DNA of 64,000 nt from an uncultured Alphaproteobacteria bacterium (lineage in GTDB: Bacteria; Pseudomonadota; Alphaproteobacteria; RF32; CAG-239): positions 2,705-66,704 of the forward strand of contig CALXYD010000001.1 of the NCBI GenBank assembly GCA_944392865.1, read 5' to 3'. Positions within the stretch are counted from its first letter, which is position 1. Each line of letters begins with the position of its first letter. The notes below the pieces were generated by a model. It searched no databases, was not told where the DNA came from, and was given only the letters and a program-made list of their open reading frames with translations. Shown one piece after another: positions 11,257 to 21,534 of the stretch. A program made the position numbers and the translations under genes.

Positions 11257-11289
11257 AAACAGGCTCTGCCTCAAAGCAGAGCCTGTTTT
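11257..11289. terminator. Bidirectional intrinsic terminator between ackA (+) and the convergent 526-aa gene (-)
   Basis: AAACAGGCTCTGCctcaaaGCAGAGCCTGTTTT. Confidence 0.8.
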
Positions 11290-11336
11290 CAACACAACAA
11301 TATTATACCTTAATCACGCCGTTTTTTCGTTTATCT

Positions 11337-12917
11337 TTATAATCCATACTTTTTCCGATAAACCGCAATGGTTTTAGAATTTCCTTTGGCAAAGAAATAT
11401 CGTTCATTAGCTTCAAACAGTCGTCTGTAATTGATATATATCAAAAACAAACCTACGCTGCCAAATTCAATAAGCATCGCTTCTTCTTTTTCTGTCAGCA
11501 GACACTGTTTGATATACGCTTCAAATAACTCGCCATTATTGCGCCGAATAAGCTCTTCCGCCATCTTGCAACGTTGCTTTGAAGCATACAACCCAACATA
11601 AAACCTCACCAACGAAAACCCGCCGTATCTGACAAATTTGGCTTCTACTATCGCTGAAGAAAACTGCCTTTTACCAATAAGGCACATAATCAATTCTTCA
11701 TCTTCTCGTGCCATCAATACCTGCTCTGACTCTGCATCATTTGGCAACCCATATCGTAAAATATAAGCCTTAACAGATGACGCTGCGCCATTTTTTAGCA
11801 AATAGAGCACCTGCTCCATCTTCCACCACGAAGAAGCTTTTGTTTTTTCAACAAAGAGTTTCTCCAGTTCTGGCTCACCACGGCCAATCAAAGCTTTCAA
11901 CATGTCAAGATCAACCACAAGGCCATACTTTTCAATATAAGTTCTGACCAAATCGCTATTCGCCTTACGAACAAATAAAGGTTCACAACGGTATCTCCGT
12001 TCAAATGGGCGTCTGTCTATATATAATTTCAATAATTCCTCATCGCCACGCTCAATTAAAGCATACTCTGCGAAAAAGGGGTGATAAAAATCATATGCAC
12101 GAATATAAAACCGCACCAAACGGGCATCTCCGTATTTGACAAGCACCTCCTCATCACCACGACCGAACAAAGGACCTTTTTCTATCTGTCTCTGTACATA
12201 TTGGAAACAGCCCATTCTGATACTTGCCTGTAACGTGAATATATCACTAAAACAACGATATCCGCCATACCGATGAAAAAAATATTGAAATTTATCATCA
12301 TCAGCATAGCTTAACACCCCATATAGAATCTCTCTATTAAGAGAACGGATTCCCGCAAAATATACCTTGAACATTGCCAGGCTGCATTCTTGCAAAAATT
12401 TCGGCCAGTAAGGTTCATCTATAACAACAAACGGACGGTCATCCGTATCAGAAAAGCAACAGTTTTCACGTACATCAGGGTAATATAAAATCCGAAGCAA
12501 ATCAGGATTGTCATTTTCCACAATAAGCTGCACAATTTCTTCGCTCTTTTCGCCATACTGCAAAGATTTCAAATATTCTTTACAATACTTGACATTGCCA
12601 CTCTCCACCAAAATTTTAGCTTCATCTTTTGATAAGAAATCTCCTTCTCGGATTTTTCTCTTAATAGCTCTCGGAAGAGAGTTCCTTTTCCTGTTCAGTA
12701 AAGCCCTTAAGAACTCAAACCAAACCCAGATTTTGCGACAATCCGTAACGTCTGCACGTTCCACGTCTTCAACACCACCAGAACCCGGTGAGGCCTTTTG
12801 TCCCGATTCTTGCATTGAAGTTCGTTTTGCCGTTTTACATTTGCGAGGTGTAACCTCTGCCATTTGGCCTTTTGCCGATTCCGTTGTCTGAAAAACGGTT
12901 AAATCTTTTGTTTCCAT
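11337..12917 (-). CDS. Tandem-repeat (about 12 x 33 aa, predicted alpha-helical solenoid) protein with a basic, low-complexity N-terminus; function unknown
   Basis: Repeated units of the form EExLvxxGxxxLVRFYIxxYGL (for example EEVLVKYGDARLVRFYIRAY, EELLKLYIDRRPF, SDLVRTYIEKYGL, SLVRFYVGLY); the N-terminal ~95 aa are K/R-rich. Confidence 0.55.
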   Translation of the reverse strand: METKDLTVFQTTESAKGQMAEVTPRKCKTAKRTSMQESGQKASPGSGGVEDVERADVTDCRKIWVWFEFLRALLNRKRNSLPRAIKRKIREGDFLSKDEAKILVESGNVKYCKEYLKSLQYGEKSEEIVQLIVENDNPDLLRILYYPDVRENCCFSDTDDRPFVVIDEPYWPKFLQECSLAMFKVYFAGIRSLNREILYGVLSYADDDKFQYFFHRYGGYRCFSDIFTLQASIRMGCFQYVQRQIEKGPLFGRGDEEVLVKYGDARLVRFYIRAYDFYHPFFAEYALIERGDEELLKLYIDRRPFERRYRCEPLFVRKANSDLVRTYIEKYGLVVDLDMLKALIGRGEPELEKLFVEKTKASSWWKMEQVLYLLKNGAASSVKAYILRYGLPNDAESEQVLMAREDEELIMCLIGKRQFSSAIVEAKFVRYGGFSLVRFYVGLYASKQRCKMAEELIRRNNGELFEAYIKQCLLTEKEEAMLIEFGSVGLFLIYINYRRLFEANERYFFAKGNSKTIAVYRKKYGL

Positions 12918-13153
12918 AATTAAGAGTTTTATAAAACAGCTCGTTTCCGAACTGCTTCAGGTTATACAATAAAAATATTTTCTAAAATCAAAATAACACC
13001 GGTTAAAGAAAACAGCGCATAACCTCAATTCCGAAAAAATTCGGCCTTTAATTATGAACATTTTTCCAATAATCGGCATTTCTATAAACATATTCTTATA
13101 AATTCGCCGCAATTATAACAAAGAAATTACATTTTGTCAAGTGCATAAATATA

Positions 13154-13184
13154 AAAAAGCCCGCCGATATACTTCGGCAGGCCT
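13154..13184 (-). terminator. Intrinsic terminator downstream of the OmpA-like gene
   Basis: On the minus strand a GGCCTGCCGAAgtataTCGGCGGGC hairpin is followed by TTTTTTATATTT. Confidence 0.6.
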
Positions 13185-13208
13185 TAATCTCTATCCAAAC
13201 GCTACAAC

Positions 13209-13847
13209 TTAGCGGTTAATCAGCACAATCTCAACCCGGCGATTCTGCTCGCGCCCCGCCGCTGTTGCATTAGAGGCAATCGGATTGGATGAACCATAAC
13301 CGTTAGATACAATTCGGCTGCCATCCACGCCTTTAAGCCGCAAATAATTGGAAATTGAATTTGCCCGCATCAGCGACAAGGAATTATTGGTCGCCGCGCT
13401 GCCTGTGCTGTCCGTATACCCGTTAACCTGCACCATCGTCTTGTCATACTCGTCAATAACTTTAGCGATAGAATTAAGCACGGGTTGAAACGCCGGTTTG
13501 ATATTGGCATCATTACTGTCAAACGTAATATTCCCCGGCATAATCAAATAAATCTGCCCGTTGACTTCCTGTACTTGAACGCCGGTATTTAGCAATTCCT
13601 GCCGCAATTTGCGAGCCTGCACATCCATATAGGCACCCGTTCCCGCGCCGGCCGCCGCACCAACGCCCGCACCGATTAAAGCACCTTTTTCGCCACCGGC
13701 CAAAGCACCGATTCCCGCGCCGGCCAAAGCGCCAAGTCCTGTTCCCCAAGCTGTATTGGAAACTTTGCTTTGCCCGGTATACGGATCTGTCGCACACGCC
13801 GTCAGCATAGAAACAGCCAACAATCCGCAAACAACTGTCTTTTTCAT
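13209..13847 (-). CDS. OmpA-family lipoprotein with a glycine-zipper region (YiaD/Pal-like)
   Basis: Lipobox LTAC; Gly-zipper GLGALAGAGIGALAGG; C-terminal OmpA_C motifs NGYTDSTGSAATNNSLSLMRANSISNYL and GREQNRRVEIVL. Confidence 0.85.
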   Translation of the reverse strand: MKKTVVCGLLAVSMLTACATDPYTGQSKVSNTAWGTGLGALAGAGIGALAGGEKGALIGAGVGAAAGAGTGAYMDVQARKLRQELLNTGVQVQEVNGQIYLIMPGNITFDSNDANIKPAFQPVLNSIAKVIDEYDKTMVQVNGYTDSTGSAATNNSLSLMRANSISNYLRLKGVDGSRIVSNGYGSSNPIASNATAAGREQNRRVEIVLINR

Positions 13848-13911
13848 AAAACACCTCTCGTCAAAAGTTAAACCTCTGACAGATTATCAGACGCCACTAT
13901 TTAAAATACCT

Positions 13912-14613
13912 TTAATGTTTTGCCAGCTTTTTAACAATATAACGCACAATCAGCAACAGATATAAAGCACCCAAGCCCCATATCAGCCAATTTTTTAATT
14001 CTCTGTCGCTGATGGCTTTGGTTATCTCATTAACATTCAACGCGCTACCCGTAACTTTTATTCCGTCTGTCGGTTTTTCGTGCAAAATATTGACCACATA
14101 CTGATAATCGGGATTAAGAAAATCAAAATTTAAGACTAAATCCTCTCCGTATGGCACAACTTCCGCCGAAATAGCCTCTGTCGTTTCGTCATTATCCAAA
14201 TTATAATGCTGCATCTGCGCTGCTTTAGGCACCTCAATTCGGATAGGGTCATGTCCGATATGGGACACATCGGCGCCGGACAACGCTTGTTCACCCTGAT
14301 TATACAGATAAACTTTCGTCAAATACAAATCTGCATACTTTTTTCCCTTAACATCAACCGCATATTCATTGGCATTTTCCGAAGAAATAAGCTTAATCGT
14401 ATTCGTTTCATAACGCAAAATCGGCCGGCTGATATAAAATTGATAATAACCAAGCGCAATTGCCGAAACCGCCAGAATAAACGCTCCGGTCGGACTGGTC
14501 CAGAAATTCCACACATCTTCAAACATATCTCTGAAAAAACGCCGCTCTTTAGCCTTTTCTTGTCGTGTAAACATATCTCCTCCGCTATTCATCTCCGACG
14601 ATATATACACCAA
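13912..14613 (-). CDS. Hypothetical membrane-anchored protein
   Basis: 233-aa ORF with one N-proximal and one C-terminal hydrophobic segment; no recognisable motif. Confidence 0.4.
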   Translation of the reverse strand: MVYISSEMNSGGDMFTRQEKAKERRFFRDMFEDVWNFWTSPTGAFILAVSAIALGYYQFYISRPILRYETNTIKLISSENANEYAVDVKGKKYADLYLTKVYLYNQGEQALSGADVSHIGHDPIRIEVPKAAQMQHYNLDNDETTEAISAEVVPYGEDLVLNFDFLNPDYQYVVNILHEKPTDGIKVTGSALNVNEITKAISDRELKNWLIWGLGALYLLLIVRYIVKKLAKH

Positions 14614-14646
14614 ACCCGATATTTAAAGATATTCTTTCCGCAATAT

Positions 14647-14674
14647 AAAAGAGCCCGTTTCCACGGGCTCTCTT
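14647..14674 (-). terminator. Intrinsic terminator of typA
   Basis: On the minus strand AAGAGAGCCCGtggaaaCGGGCTCTTTTATATT. Confidence 0.7.
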
Positions 14675-14695
14675 AAAGCATAAAAATTCAATATC

Positions 14696-16513
14696 CTACG
14701 CCGTTGCACCCATTTTGGCTCTTTTCCTTGCCAACGGATCAAGTATTTTCTTCCTTAAACGCAAAGACTTCGGCGTAACTTCTAACAATTCATCTTGCTG
14801 AATATATGAAAGCGCCTGTTCCAGCGAAAGTTTGCGCGGCGGCACCAAATCAATCGCCTCGTCCTTTCCCGCCGCCCGAATATTCGTCAGCTGTTTAGAT
14901 TTCGTCGGATTAACGTCCAAATCATTTGATTTCGTATGCTCACCGATAATCATTCCGATATAAACCGGGCTGTTATGCTCGATAAACATCGGCCCCCTGT
15001 CTTGCAATTTCCATAAAGAATAAGCAACCGCCGTCCCGTTCTCACTGGAAATCAGCACCCCGTTACGATGGCTTTCAATCTCACCTTTATACGGTTCATA
15101 GGCATAAAAAATTCGATTCATGACCCCGGTTCCGCGCGTATCCGTTAAAAATTCGGAATGATAACCGATAAGCCCTCTGGACGGCGCGTGAAAAATCAGT
15201 CGCGTCTTATTACCGGCTTGCGACGGTATCATCTCCAAAAGCTCCGCCTTGCGCTGGCTCAGCTTTTCCACCACGGTGCCTGAAAATTCATCATCAACGT
15301 CAATAACAACTTCTTCCACCGGCTCTAACAAATTTCCGCTATCGTCTTTGTGAAACAGAACTTTGGGACGGGAAATTGACAATTCAAACCCTTCGCGGCG
15401 CATTGTTTCAATCAAAACGCCCAACTGTAACTCGCCGCGTCCGGCCACTTCAAACGCATCTGTCGTATCCGTCCGGGAAATTTTGAGCGCAATATTGCAC
15501 TCAGCTTCCTTTTGCAATCTATCCCAAATCATACGCGACGTTACTTTGTCGCCTTCGCGCCCGGCAAGCGGCGAATCGTTAACCGAAAAGGTCATCGCCA
15601 ATGTCGGTGGATCAATCGGCTGTGCTTCAATAGCTTCCGTAACTTCCGGCGCACAAATTGTATCCGCCACCGTTCCTTTTACGACCCCCGCAACGGCAAC
15701 AATATCGCCGGCATGCGCCTCATTAAGCGCCACCCGCTCCAAACCTTTATACGCCATAATCTTGGTAATGCGGGTTCTTTCCACTTCACCTTTATCGTTA
15801 ATCACCTTTACGGCGTCATTAACTTTCAACACGCCGCTGTGAATCTTGCCGGTCAGAATACGCCCGACAAATTTATCTGCTTCCAACGTTGTCGCCAACA
15901 TTGAAAAGGGTTTATCTTTTTCGCAAACCGGTTTCGGAACGTATGATAAAATCAATTCAAACAGCGGCGTCAAATCTTTCTTTTCATCGCTCAATTCCTT
16001 AACCGCCCAGCCATTACGCCCGGAGGCATACAATACCGGAAAATCCAATTGCTCATCATTGGCATCAAGGCTGACAAACAAATCAAAAATTTCGTTCAGA
16101 ACATCATCAGGGCGTGCATCAGGCTTATCCGCTTTGTTAATTACGACAATCGGCTTCAAACCGATTTTCAAAGCCTTGCCCAGCACAAATTTCGTCTGCG
16201 GCATCGGTCCTTCCGAAGCATCAACCAACAAGACCACCCCGTCAACCATTGATAAAATACGCTCAACCTCGCCGCCAAAATCCGCGTGTCCCGGCGTATC
16301 AACAATATTGATATGCGTCCCGTGCCAATCCACCGCCGTACATTTTGATAAAATCGTAATACCACGCTCACGTTCCAAATCATTGCTATCCATAACGCAA
16401 TCAGCAACTTTTTGATTATCTCTGAAAGTCCCGCTCTGCCGCAAAAGCCCGTCCACCAACGTCGTTTTACCATGGTCAACGTGGGCGATAATCGCAATAT
16501 TTCTAATATCCAT
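14696..16513 (-). CDS. typA: Translational GTPase TypA/BipA
   Basis: [24 protein letters not shown]...; DTPGHADF and NKAD G-motifs; 605 aa. Confidence 0.95.
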   Translation of the reverse strand: MDIRNIAIIAHVDHGKTTLVDGLLRQSGTFRDNQKVADCVMDSNDLERERGITILSKCTAVDWHGTHINIVDTPGHADFGGEVERILSMVDGVVLLVDASEGPMPQTKFVLGKALKIGLKPIVVINKADKPDARPDDVLNEIFDLFVSLDANDEQLDFPVLYASGRNGWAVKELSDEKKDLTPLFELILSYVPKPVCEKDKPFSMLATTLEADKFVGRILTGKIHSGVLKVNDAVKVINDKGEVERTRITKIMAYKGLERVALNEAHAGDIVAVAGVVKGTVADTICAPEVTEAIEAQPIDPPTLAMTFSVNDSPLAGREGDKVTSRMIWDRLQKEAECNIALKISRTDTTDAFEVAGRGELQLGVLIETMRREGFELSISRPKVLFHKDDSGNLLEPVEEVVIDVDDEFSGTVVEKLSQRKAELLEMIPSQAGNKTRLIFHAPSRGLIGYHSEFLTDTRGTGVMNRIFYAYEPYKGEIESHRNGVLISSENGTAVAYSLWKLQDRGPMFIEHNSPVYIGMIIGEHTKSNDLDVNPTKSKQLTNIRAAGKDEAIDLVPPRKLSLEQALSYIQQDELLEVTPKSLRLRKKILDPLARKRAKMGATA

Positions 16514-16645
16514 TTTCTCTTATTCCTAAAAAACACTCAAACAGCGAACTCCTGAAGTCGCCTCATTTGCCCCTGTTATAACAAAAAAAATTTAAATAGC
16601 AACTTTATTTTGCGGCAAAAAAATATACCGTTTTCATTCTCTTCG

Positions 16646-17182
16646 CTAAAGCTTAAAAACAACCCCTAACACTGCCGCCAATAAAATATAAAAAATCGGG
16701 CTTTTCTTATAAAAATGCACCAGTAAAAAAAATCCTGCCGCAAAAGCCGCGACATACCACGTTGTAACGCTTAATTTAAACAATTCCACGCCCGCCAGCA
16801 AAATTAACGCAGCTACGGCCGGACGCACCGCCGTCATAATTTCTTTAACTAATTGATTTTCTACATAATGGCTAAGTAATTTTGACAACCAGATAACAAT
16901 AACCACAGACGGCAGCACCAAACCGAAAGTAGCGATTATCCCTCCCGAAATACCGGCAGTCTGAAAACCGGCGTATGTTGCCATATTTACCCCGACCGGC
17001 CCCGGCGTAGATTGCGAAACGGCAATCATATCCGTCAGCTCCGCCGCCGAAAACCAATCATACTTTTTCGTCAAATCAAACAAAAACGGTATGGTAACCA
17101 TTCCGCCGCCGATGGCAAACAGTCCGATTTTAAAAAACTCAAAAAACAGCAGCCAATAAATCATCTTGCTCTTTCTTTCCAA
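16646..17182 (-). CDS. chrA: Chromate transporter family protein (short-chain CHR, C-terminal partner)
   Basis: CHR-family motif FKIGLFAIGGGMVTIPFL; 178 aa, 6 TM. Confidence 0.8.
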   Translation of the reverse strand: MERKSKMIYWLLFFEFFKIGLFAIGGGMVTIPFLFDLTKKYDWFSAAELTDMIAVSQSTPGPVGVNMATYAGFQTAGISGGIIATFGLVLPSVVIVIWLSKLLSHYVENQLVKEIMTAVRPAVAALILLAGVELFKLSVTTWYVAAFAAGFFLLVHFYKKSPIFYILLAAVLGVVFKL

Positions 17183-17733
17183 TATTTAATCCCGCCGGTT
17201 AACGCTGCGAACAAAACCACCGCCACCGCCGACAAATGCACGGCAAACAATAAGATAAGGATAAAAATAAACATTCCCCGTTGAAAATTTGTTCCAACCG
17301 TTTTTTTCAATAACAAAATAACTTCATTCAAGATTAACGCAATGACGCCGATTCGGATACCGGCAAAAGCATGCGCAACCCACGGATTTGCAGAAAGCGT
17401 ATTTAATATTCCGGCCAACACCATAATAATGACCAATGAGGGTAGGTTAATCGCCAAAGTTGCGATACAAGCTCCGGAAACCCCGCTGATTTTATAACCG
17501 GTAAACGTCGCCACATTCACGGCAATTACCCCCGGCGTACACTGCCCGATAGAATAATAATCCAATAACTCATTTTCGCTGATATAACCGCGTTTTTCAA
17601 TAAGCTCCTGCCGAAACAACGGCAACATGGCGTATCCACCGCCAAACGTAAACAAACCTATCTTAAAGAACGAAACCAAGATTCTGCCGTACTCTGCTAA
17701 CGCCGCCCTGCCCATACTTCCCCGCTCTGCCAT
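17161..17733 (-). CDS. chrA: Chromate transporter family protein (short-chain CHR, N-terminal partner)
   Basis: FKIGLFTFGGGYAMLPLF; 190 aa; overlaps the downstream CHR gene by 22 nt (the typical bipartite short-CHR pair). Confidence 0.8.
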   Translation of the reverse strand: MAERGSMGRAALAEYGRILVSFFKIGLFTFGGGYAMLPLFRQELIEKRGYISENELLDYYSIGQCTPGVIAVNVATFTGYKISGVSGACIATLAINLPSLVIIMVLAGILNTLSANPWVAHAFAGIRIGVIALILNEVILLLKKTVGTNFQRGMFIFILILLFAVHLSAVAVVLFAALTGGIKYWKERAR

Positions 17734-18326
17734 TATTTTTCCGCCAAATAAGACATACCGGCCAAATAAGTATTAAAAAGGATTCTGACAACATATTCTT
17801 TTTCCAGTCCGGCAAATTCTTTTTCTGTTGTCAACAAAGAACTCAGCGAAAAAACGGTAATAAACAGCACTTCGGCTGAAACCCGGCGCTCTTTTCCCGG
17901 AACTTTTATAAACAGTTTATGCAAATTACGCTCCAATAAGCGGACAATCTTGATAATCCACCGCAAATAATACGGCTCGTATGATTCCACCGTATTTTGA
18001 AAGTGCGTATTATAAAGCGTAAACCACAATATTTTGTTTGCCAACACAAACCCGACAAATTTCTCCAACAACCGATTTAGATTCTCATACGCATCGGAGC
18101 CCATTTCCGCCGTCAACAACACTTCATACAAATCCTCAAGAGTCCGGCAGTTTTCCCAAACAATCAAACTGTCCATACTCTTAAACTGGTTATAAATCGT
18201 CCCGACGGAATAGCCGGAATAATCCGCCAGTTTCCTCGCCGTCAAAAACTCCAATCCTTTAGTTGTCAACAGCTCTCTGGCTTTAACAATCAAATCCGCT
18301 CTGATTTCTTCTTTTGTTTTTGTCAT
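17733..18326 (-). CDS. TetR/AcrR family transcriptional regulator
   Basis: N-terminal helix-turn-helix LTARKLADYSGYSVGTIYNQF; 197 aa; stop and start coupled to the chrA pair. Confidence 0.85.
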   Translation of the reverse strand: MTKTKEEIRADLIVKARELLTTKGLEFLTARKLADYSGYSVGTIYNQFKSMDSLIVWENCRTLEDLYEVLLTAEMGSDAYENLNRLLEKFVGFVLANKILWFTLYNTHFQNTVESYEPYYLRWIIKIVRLLERNLHKLFIKVPGKERRVSAEVLFITVFSLSSLLTTEKEFAGLEKEYVVRILFNTYLAGMSYLAEK

Positions 18327-18463
18327 ACCGCACCATTTAGCGCAAATTTTCTTTACCTGATATGCAGGATAGTGCCTTTTTGAACACTGTTCAAGTTTTT
18401 TTTATAAAAAAGTTAACTTTTTCGCCCTAAACTGCTAAAAAATATAAACAGAAAGGAAACATT

Positions 18464-19840
18464 ATGAGCAAAATCGGCTTTTGTGCTATCTCCGGCAGCG
18501 GAATGAGCGCGCTGGCACAAGTTTCCCGATATATGGGAAATGATGTATACGGCTCCGATAGAAGTTTTGATCAGGGAAAGGATACAAAAAACAAACAAGC
18601 CTTGGAAAACCTCGGTATAAAAATATTCCCGCAGGACGGTTCAATGCTTACTGAAGATTTCTCGGCTCTCTATGCCTCAACCGCTGTTGAAGATACCGTC
18701 CCCGATATAAAAAGAGCCCATGAACTGAATATCCCGATTAAACGCCGTTCTGACTTGCTGGCAGAAATTTTCTCTTCTTTTCCGATCGGTATTGCCATCG
18801 GCGGAACGAGCGGCAAATCAACCGTAACCGCAATGATTGGCTATATTCTTGACCAGGCAGACCGGCAACCGCTTGTTATTAACGGCGCCTTGCTCAAAAA
18901 TTATGAAAATCAACCGGGAATCCCGAATGTTATCTTAAACAAAGGCAAAATATGCGTTATTGAAGCCGATGAAAGCGACGGTTCCATAGAAAAATACATT
19001 CCGTCAATCGCTGTTATAAACAATATTTCACTAGACCATAAATCTTTGCCGGAATTACAAAATCTTTTTAACGATTTCGCCAAACGCGCCACCATCGGCG
19101 CTGTTATCAACGCGGATGACATAAACAGTACTTGCTTGCAAAAAGCAAATCCCCAAACCAAAACTTTCGGTATAAAAAATTCCGCTGCGGATTTTTTTGC
19201 TGAACACATAACCGCTGTTTCCGATGGCACGACTTATATATTCCGCGGCTCTGTTTACAAACTAAATCTGATAGGTGCGTTTAATGTCGCCAACGCAATG
19301 TGCGCTGTCGCCTGTTGCTCTTTGTTAAATGTAGCACCTGATACATCTTGCAAAATATTGGAAACATTTTTAGGCACAAAACGCCGTCTTGAAGTATTAG
19401 GACAAACAAACGACATTACCGTTATTGATGATTTTGCCCATAATCCCGATAAAGTTGCCGCCTCAATGTCCGCATTAAAAAGTTACCCCGGACGTTTGCT
19501 GATTATGTTCCAGCCGCACGGTTTTTCGCCGATGCGCCTGATGGGAAAAGAAATCATCCAAAGTTTCGCCCGCTATATGGATAAAAACGATATTCTGCTC
19601 ATTCCTGAGATATTTTTTGCCGGCGGCACCGTTAAAAAAGATATTTCCTCACAAGACTTGGTTGCCGAAGCGCGCCGCTTAAACTGCAATGCCCTGTTTT
19701 TTCCCACTCGTGATGAACTAAAACAGCACTTACTGCAAATAGCCCGCCCTGAAGACCGCATTGTTTTAATGGGCGCCCGGGATAATTCCATTACTGACCT
19801 TGGATACAATTTGCTGGAGAATTTGGAGAATTTAAAATGA
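18464..19840 (+). CDS. mpl: Mur ligase family protein, most like UDP-N-acetylmuramate:L-alanyl-gamma-D-glutamyl-meso-DAP ligase (Mpl)
   Basis: N-terminal Rossmann region IGFCAISGSGMSALA; ATP-binding loop GGTSGKSTVTAMI; 458 aa; immediately followed by and overlapping ldcA, the usual pairing for murein peptide recycling. Confidence 0.75.
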   Translation: MSKIGFCAISGSGMSALAQVSRYMGNDVYGSDRSFDQGKDTKNKQALENLGIKIFPQDGSMLTEDFSALYASTAVEDTVPDIKRAHELNIPIKRRSDLLAEIFSSFPIGIAIGGTSGKSTVTAMIGYILDQADRQPLVINGALLKNYENQPGIPNVILNKGKICVIEADESDGSIEKYIPSIAVINNISLDHKSLPELQNLFNDFAKRATIGAVINADDINSTCLQKANPQTKTFGIKNSAADFFAEHITAVSDGTTYIFRGSVYKLNLIGAFNVANAMCAVACCSLLNVAPDTSCKILETFLGTKRRLEVLGQTNDITVIDDFAHNPDKVAASMSALKSYPGRLLIMFQPHGFSPMRLMGKEIIQSFARYMDKNDILLIPEIFFAGGTVKKDISSQDLVAEARRLNCNALFFPTRDELKQHLLQIARPEDRIVLMGARDNSITDLGYNLLENLENLK

Positions 19841-20730
19841 GCTTATTACAAGCTGGAGATACCGTCGGCTTCGTCGCCACTTCATCCGGATTAGAAGGCA
19901 GGGACATTACGCCTGCTGTTAAATATTTTGAACAAAAATTGCACTTAAACGTAAAATTGGCGCCCAATTTATCTTCAGCATACCGTTATATGGCCGGAAC
20001 AGACCAAGAACGCGCTGCCACACTAACGCAAATGTATCTTGACCAAGATGTTAAAGCTCTCTTTGCGATTCGCGGCGCTGCCGGTTCTGCCCGTATGCTT
20101 GATTATCTGGACTTTTCGCTTCTGGCCACATATCCCAAACCATTATTCGGCTTAAGCGATGTAACCTCAGTGCAAAATGCCTTATATGCCCAAGCCGGAC
20201 AAATTTCATACAGCGGTTTTTTGCCAATCTACGATATAAAGAACGGGCAAATTCCCTCCGCTCAATTGGAAAACGCCCTCAAAAGCGTTCTTTTCAACGA
20301 TAAGAACACCTTAACCGGCGGCACGGCGCTGATTAACGGCTCCTCTGCCGGAGAAATAATCGGCGGTTGCCTAACCTCCTTTCTCTACCTTGCCGGCACC
20401 AAATATATGCCCGATTTCAAAGGAAAGATTCTTCTGCTTGAAGATACCGATGAAAAAACCTATAAAATAGACTTGTTGCTAAACCAATTAAAGCAACAAA
20501 AAAACTTTTCCCTCCTCAACGGGATAATTATCGGCAAATTCTCCGATTGCATTATGATAGACAGCTTTGACGGCGACATAAACGCCTGCATCAAAGACTT
20601 TACCGCCGGTCTGAATATTCCTGTCATCTCCGATTTTGATTACGGGCACATACCAAACCGATACATACTTCCCATCGGCCACCGCGTAAAAATTTCAGCT
20701 TCGCCGGAAAAATGCACTGTCAGTTGGTAA
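19837..20730 (+). CDS. ldcA: LD-carboxypeptidase (peptidase S66)
   Basis: MSLLQAGDTVGFVATSSGL... has the S66 family architecture; 297 aa; 4-nt overlap with mpl. Confidence 0.8.
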   Translation: MSLLQAGDTVGFVATSSGLEGRDITPAVKYFEQKLHLNVKLAPNLSSAYRYMAGTDQERAATLTQMYLDQDVKALFAIRGAAGSARMLDYLDFSLLATYPKPLFGLSDVTSVQNALYAQAGQISYSGFLPIYDIKNGQIPSAQLENALKSVLFNDKNTLTGGTALINGSSAGEIIGGCLTSFLYLAGTKYMPDFKGKILLLEDTDEKTYKIDLLLNQLKQQKNFSLLNGIIIGKFSDCIMIDSFDGDINACIKDFTAGLNIPVISDFDYGHIPNRYILPIGHRVKISASPEKCTVSW

Positions 20731-21397
20731 AATACCGCAAAAGCTCATTTATATTTTGCCAATTTAACAGATAAACTGCTCGCATATACCGTTCCACACT
20801 AAGCCAGCCGCCGTTATTAAAAGCCAGCACCGCCGTACACATAAACAAATTCGCCCCAGGCAAAAACAACCAGCAAAAAGGAAACCCAACCTCCTTAAAA
20901 TCAGGCTGTTCGCCATGTATCTGCACCAAAATACTCTCCACATGATAAGCAAAGAAATACCCGAAAACACCATTAACAATTAAGCTGTCAGGTATTTTCT
21001 CCGCAAAAAACGTTGCAAACAACATCAAAAAAAACAAAAATAGCGGAAAGAAATAAGGCGCAATCGTAATCAACCAGTTTCCTTTTCCCCGAAATCCCAT
21101 AGAGCCGCCGGATTCATCCATATTAAGATGAATATGCACGACTTTATGAAAAGTAAGCAGCGCAAAAAAAGTATGCGTTAATTCATGCGCTAAAATCTGC
21201 ATGGAAATATTTGAACGCGCCGCTGCCAGAATTTTCAAAGCCAAATACACAAAGGCGCCCCCCAGAAACGCAAAAAAGCGCAAATTATCCAACCGGAGAT
21301 AATCCAGAGCATGCACCAGCGCCGGCAACGAAACAAAAGCCAGTATGGCAACCGGCCATTTAAACAATCCGAGTAATAAATCCAACCAACGCGACAT
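20720..21397 (-). CDS. Membrane zinc metallopeptidase-like protein (M50B/YwhC-like)
   Basis: HELTH is an HExxH motif lying inside a transmembrane segment (ILAHELTHTFFALL); 225 aa polytopic. Confidence 0.55.
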   Translation of the reverse strand: MSRWLDLLLGLFKWPVAILAFVSLPALVHALDYLRLDNLRFFAFLGGAFVYLALKILAAARSNISMQILAHELTHTFFALLTFHKVVHIHLNMDESGGSMGFRGKGNWLITIAPYFFPLFLFFLMLFATFFAEKIPDSLIVNGVFGYFFAYHVESILVQIHGEQPDFKEVGFPFCWLFLPGANLFMCTAVLAFNNGGWLSVERYMRAVYLLNWQNINELLRYFTN

Positions 21398-21534
21398 ATT
21401 TTTACCCTCTCAATTCTCGCAAGTTTAAAGTTTATATTTATTTTTGCAAACAAAATTATCAATTCTTAAAATAAAACCCTCCTTCCCTCAAAAAGTAGCT
21501 TGACAAAAAGATAAAGATATGTCATACAAAATAA

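Noticed and set aside
18383-18410. Weak hairpin (TTGAAC-act-GTTCAA plus T8) in the mpl leader
   Set aside because: A 6-bp AT-rich stem with a 3-nt loop is marginal. It may be a terminator-like element, but there is no supporting alternative structure or upstream ORF.
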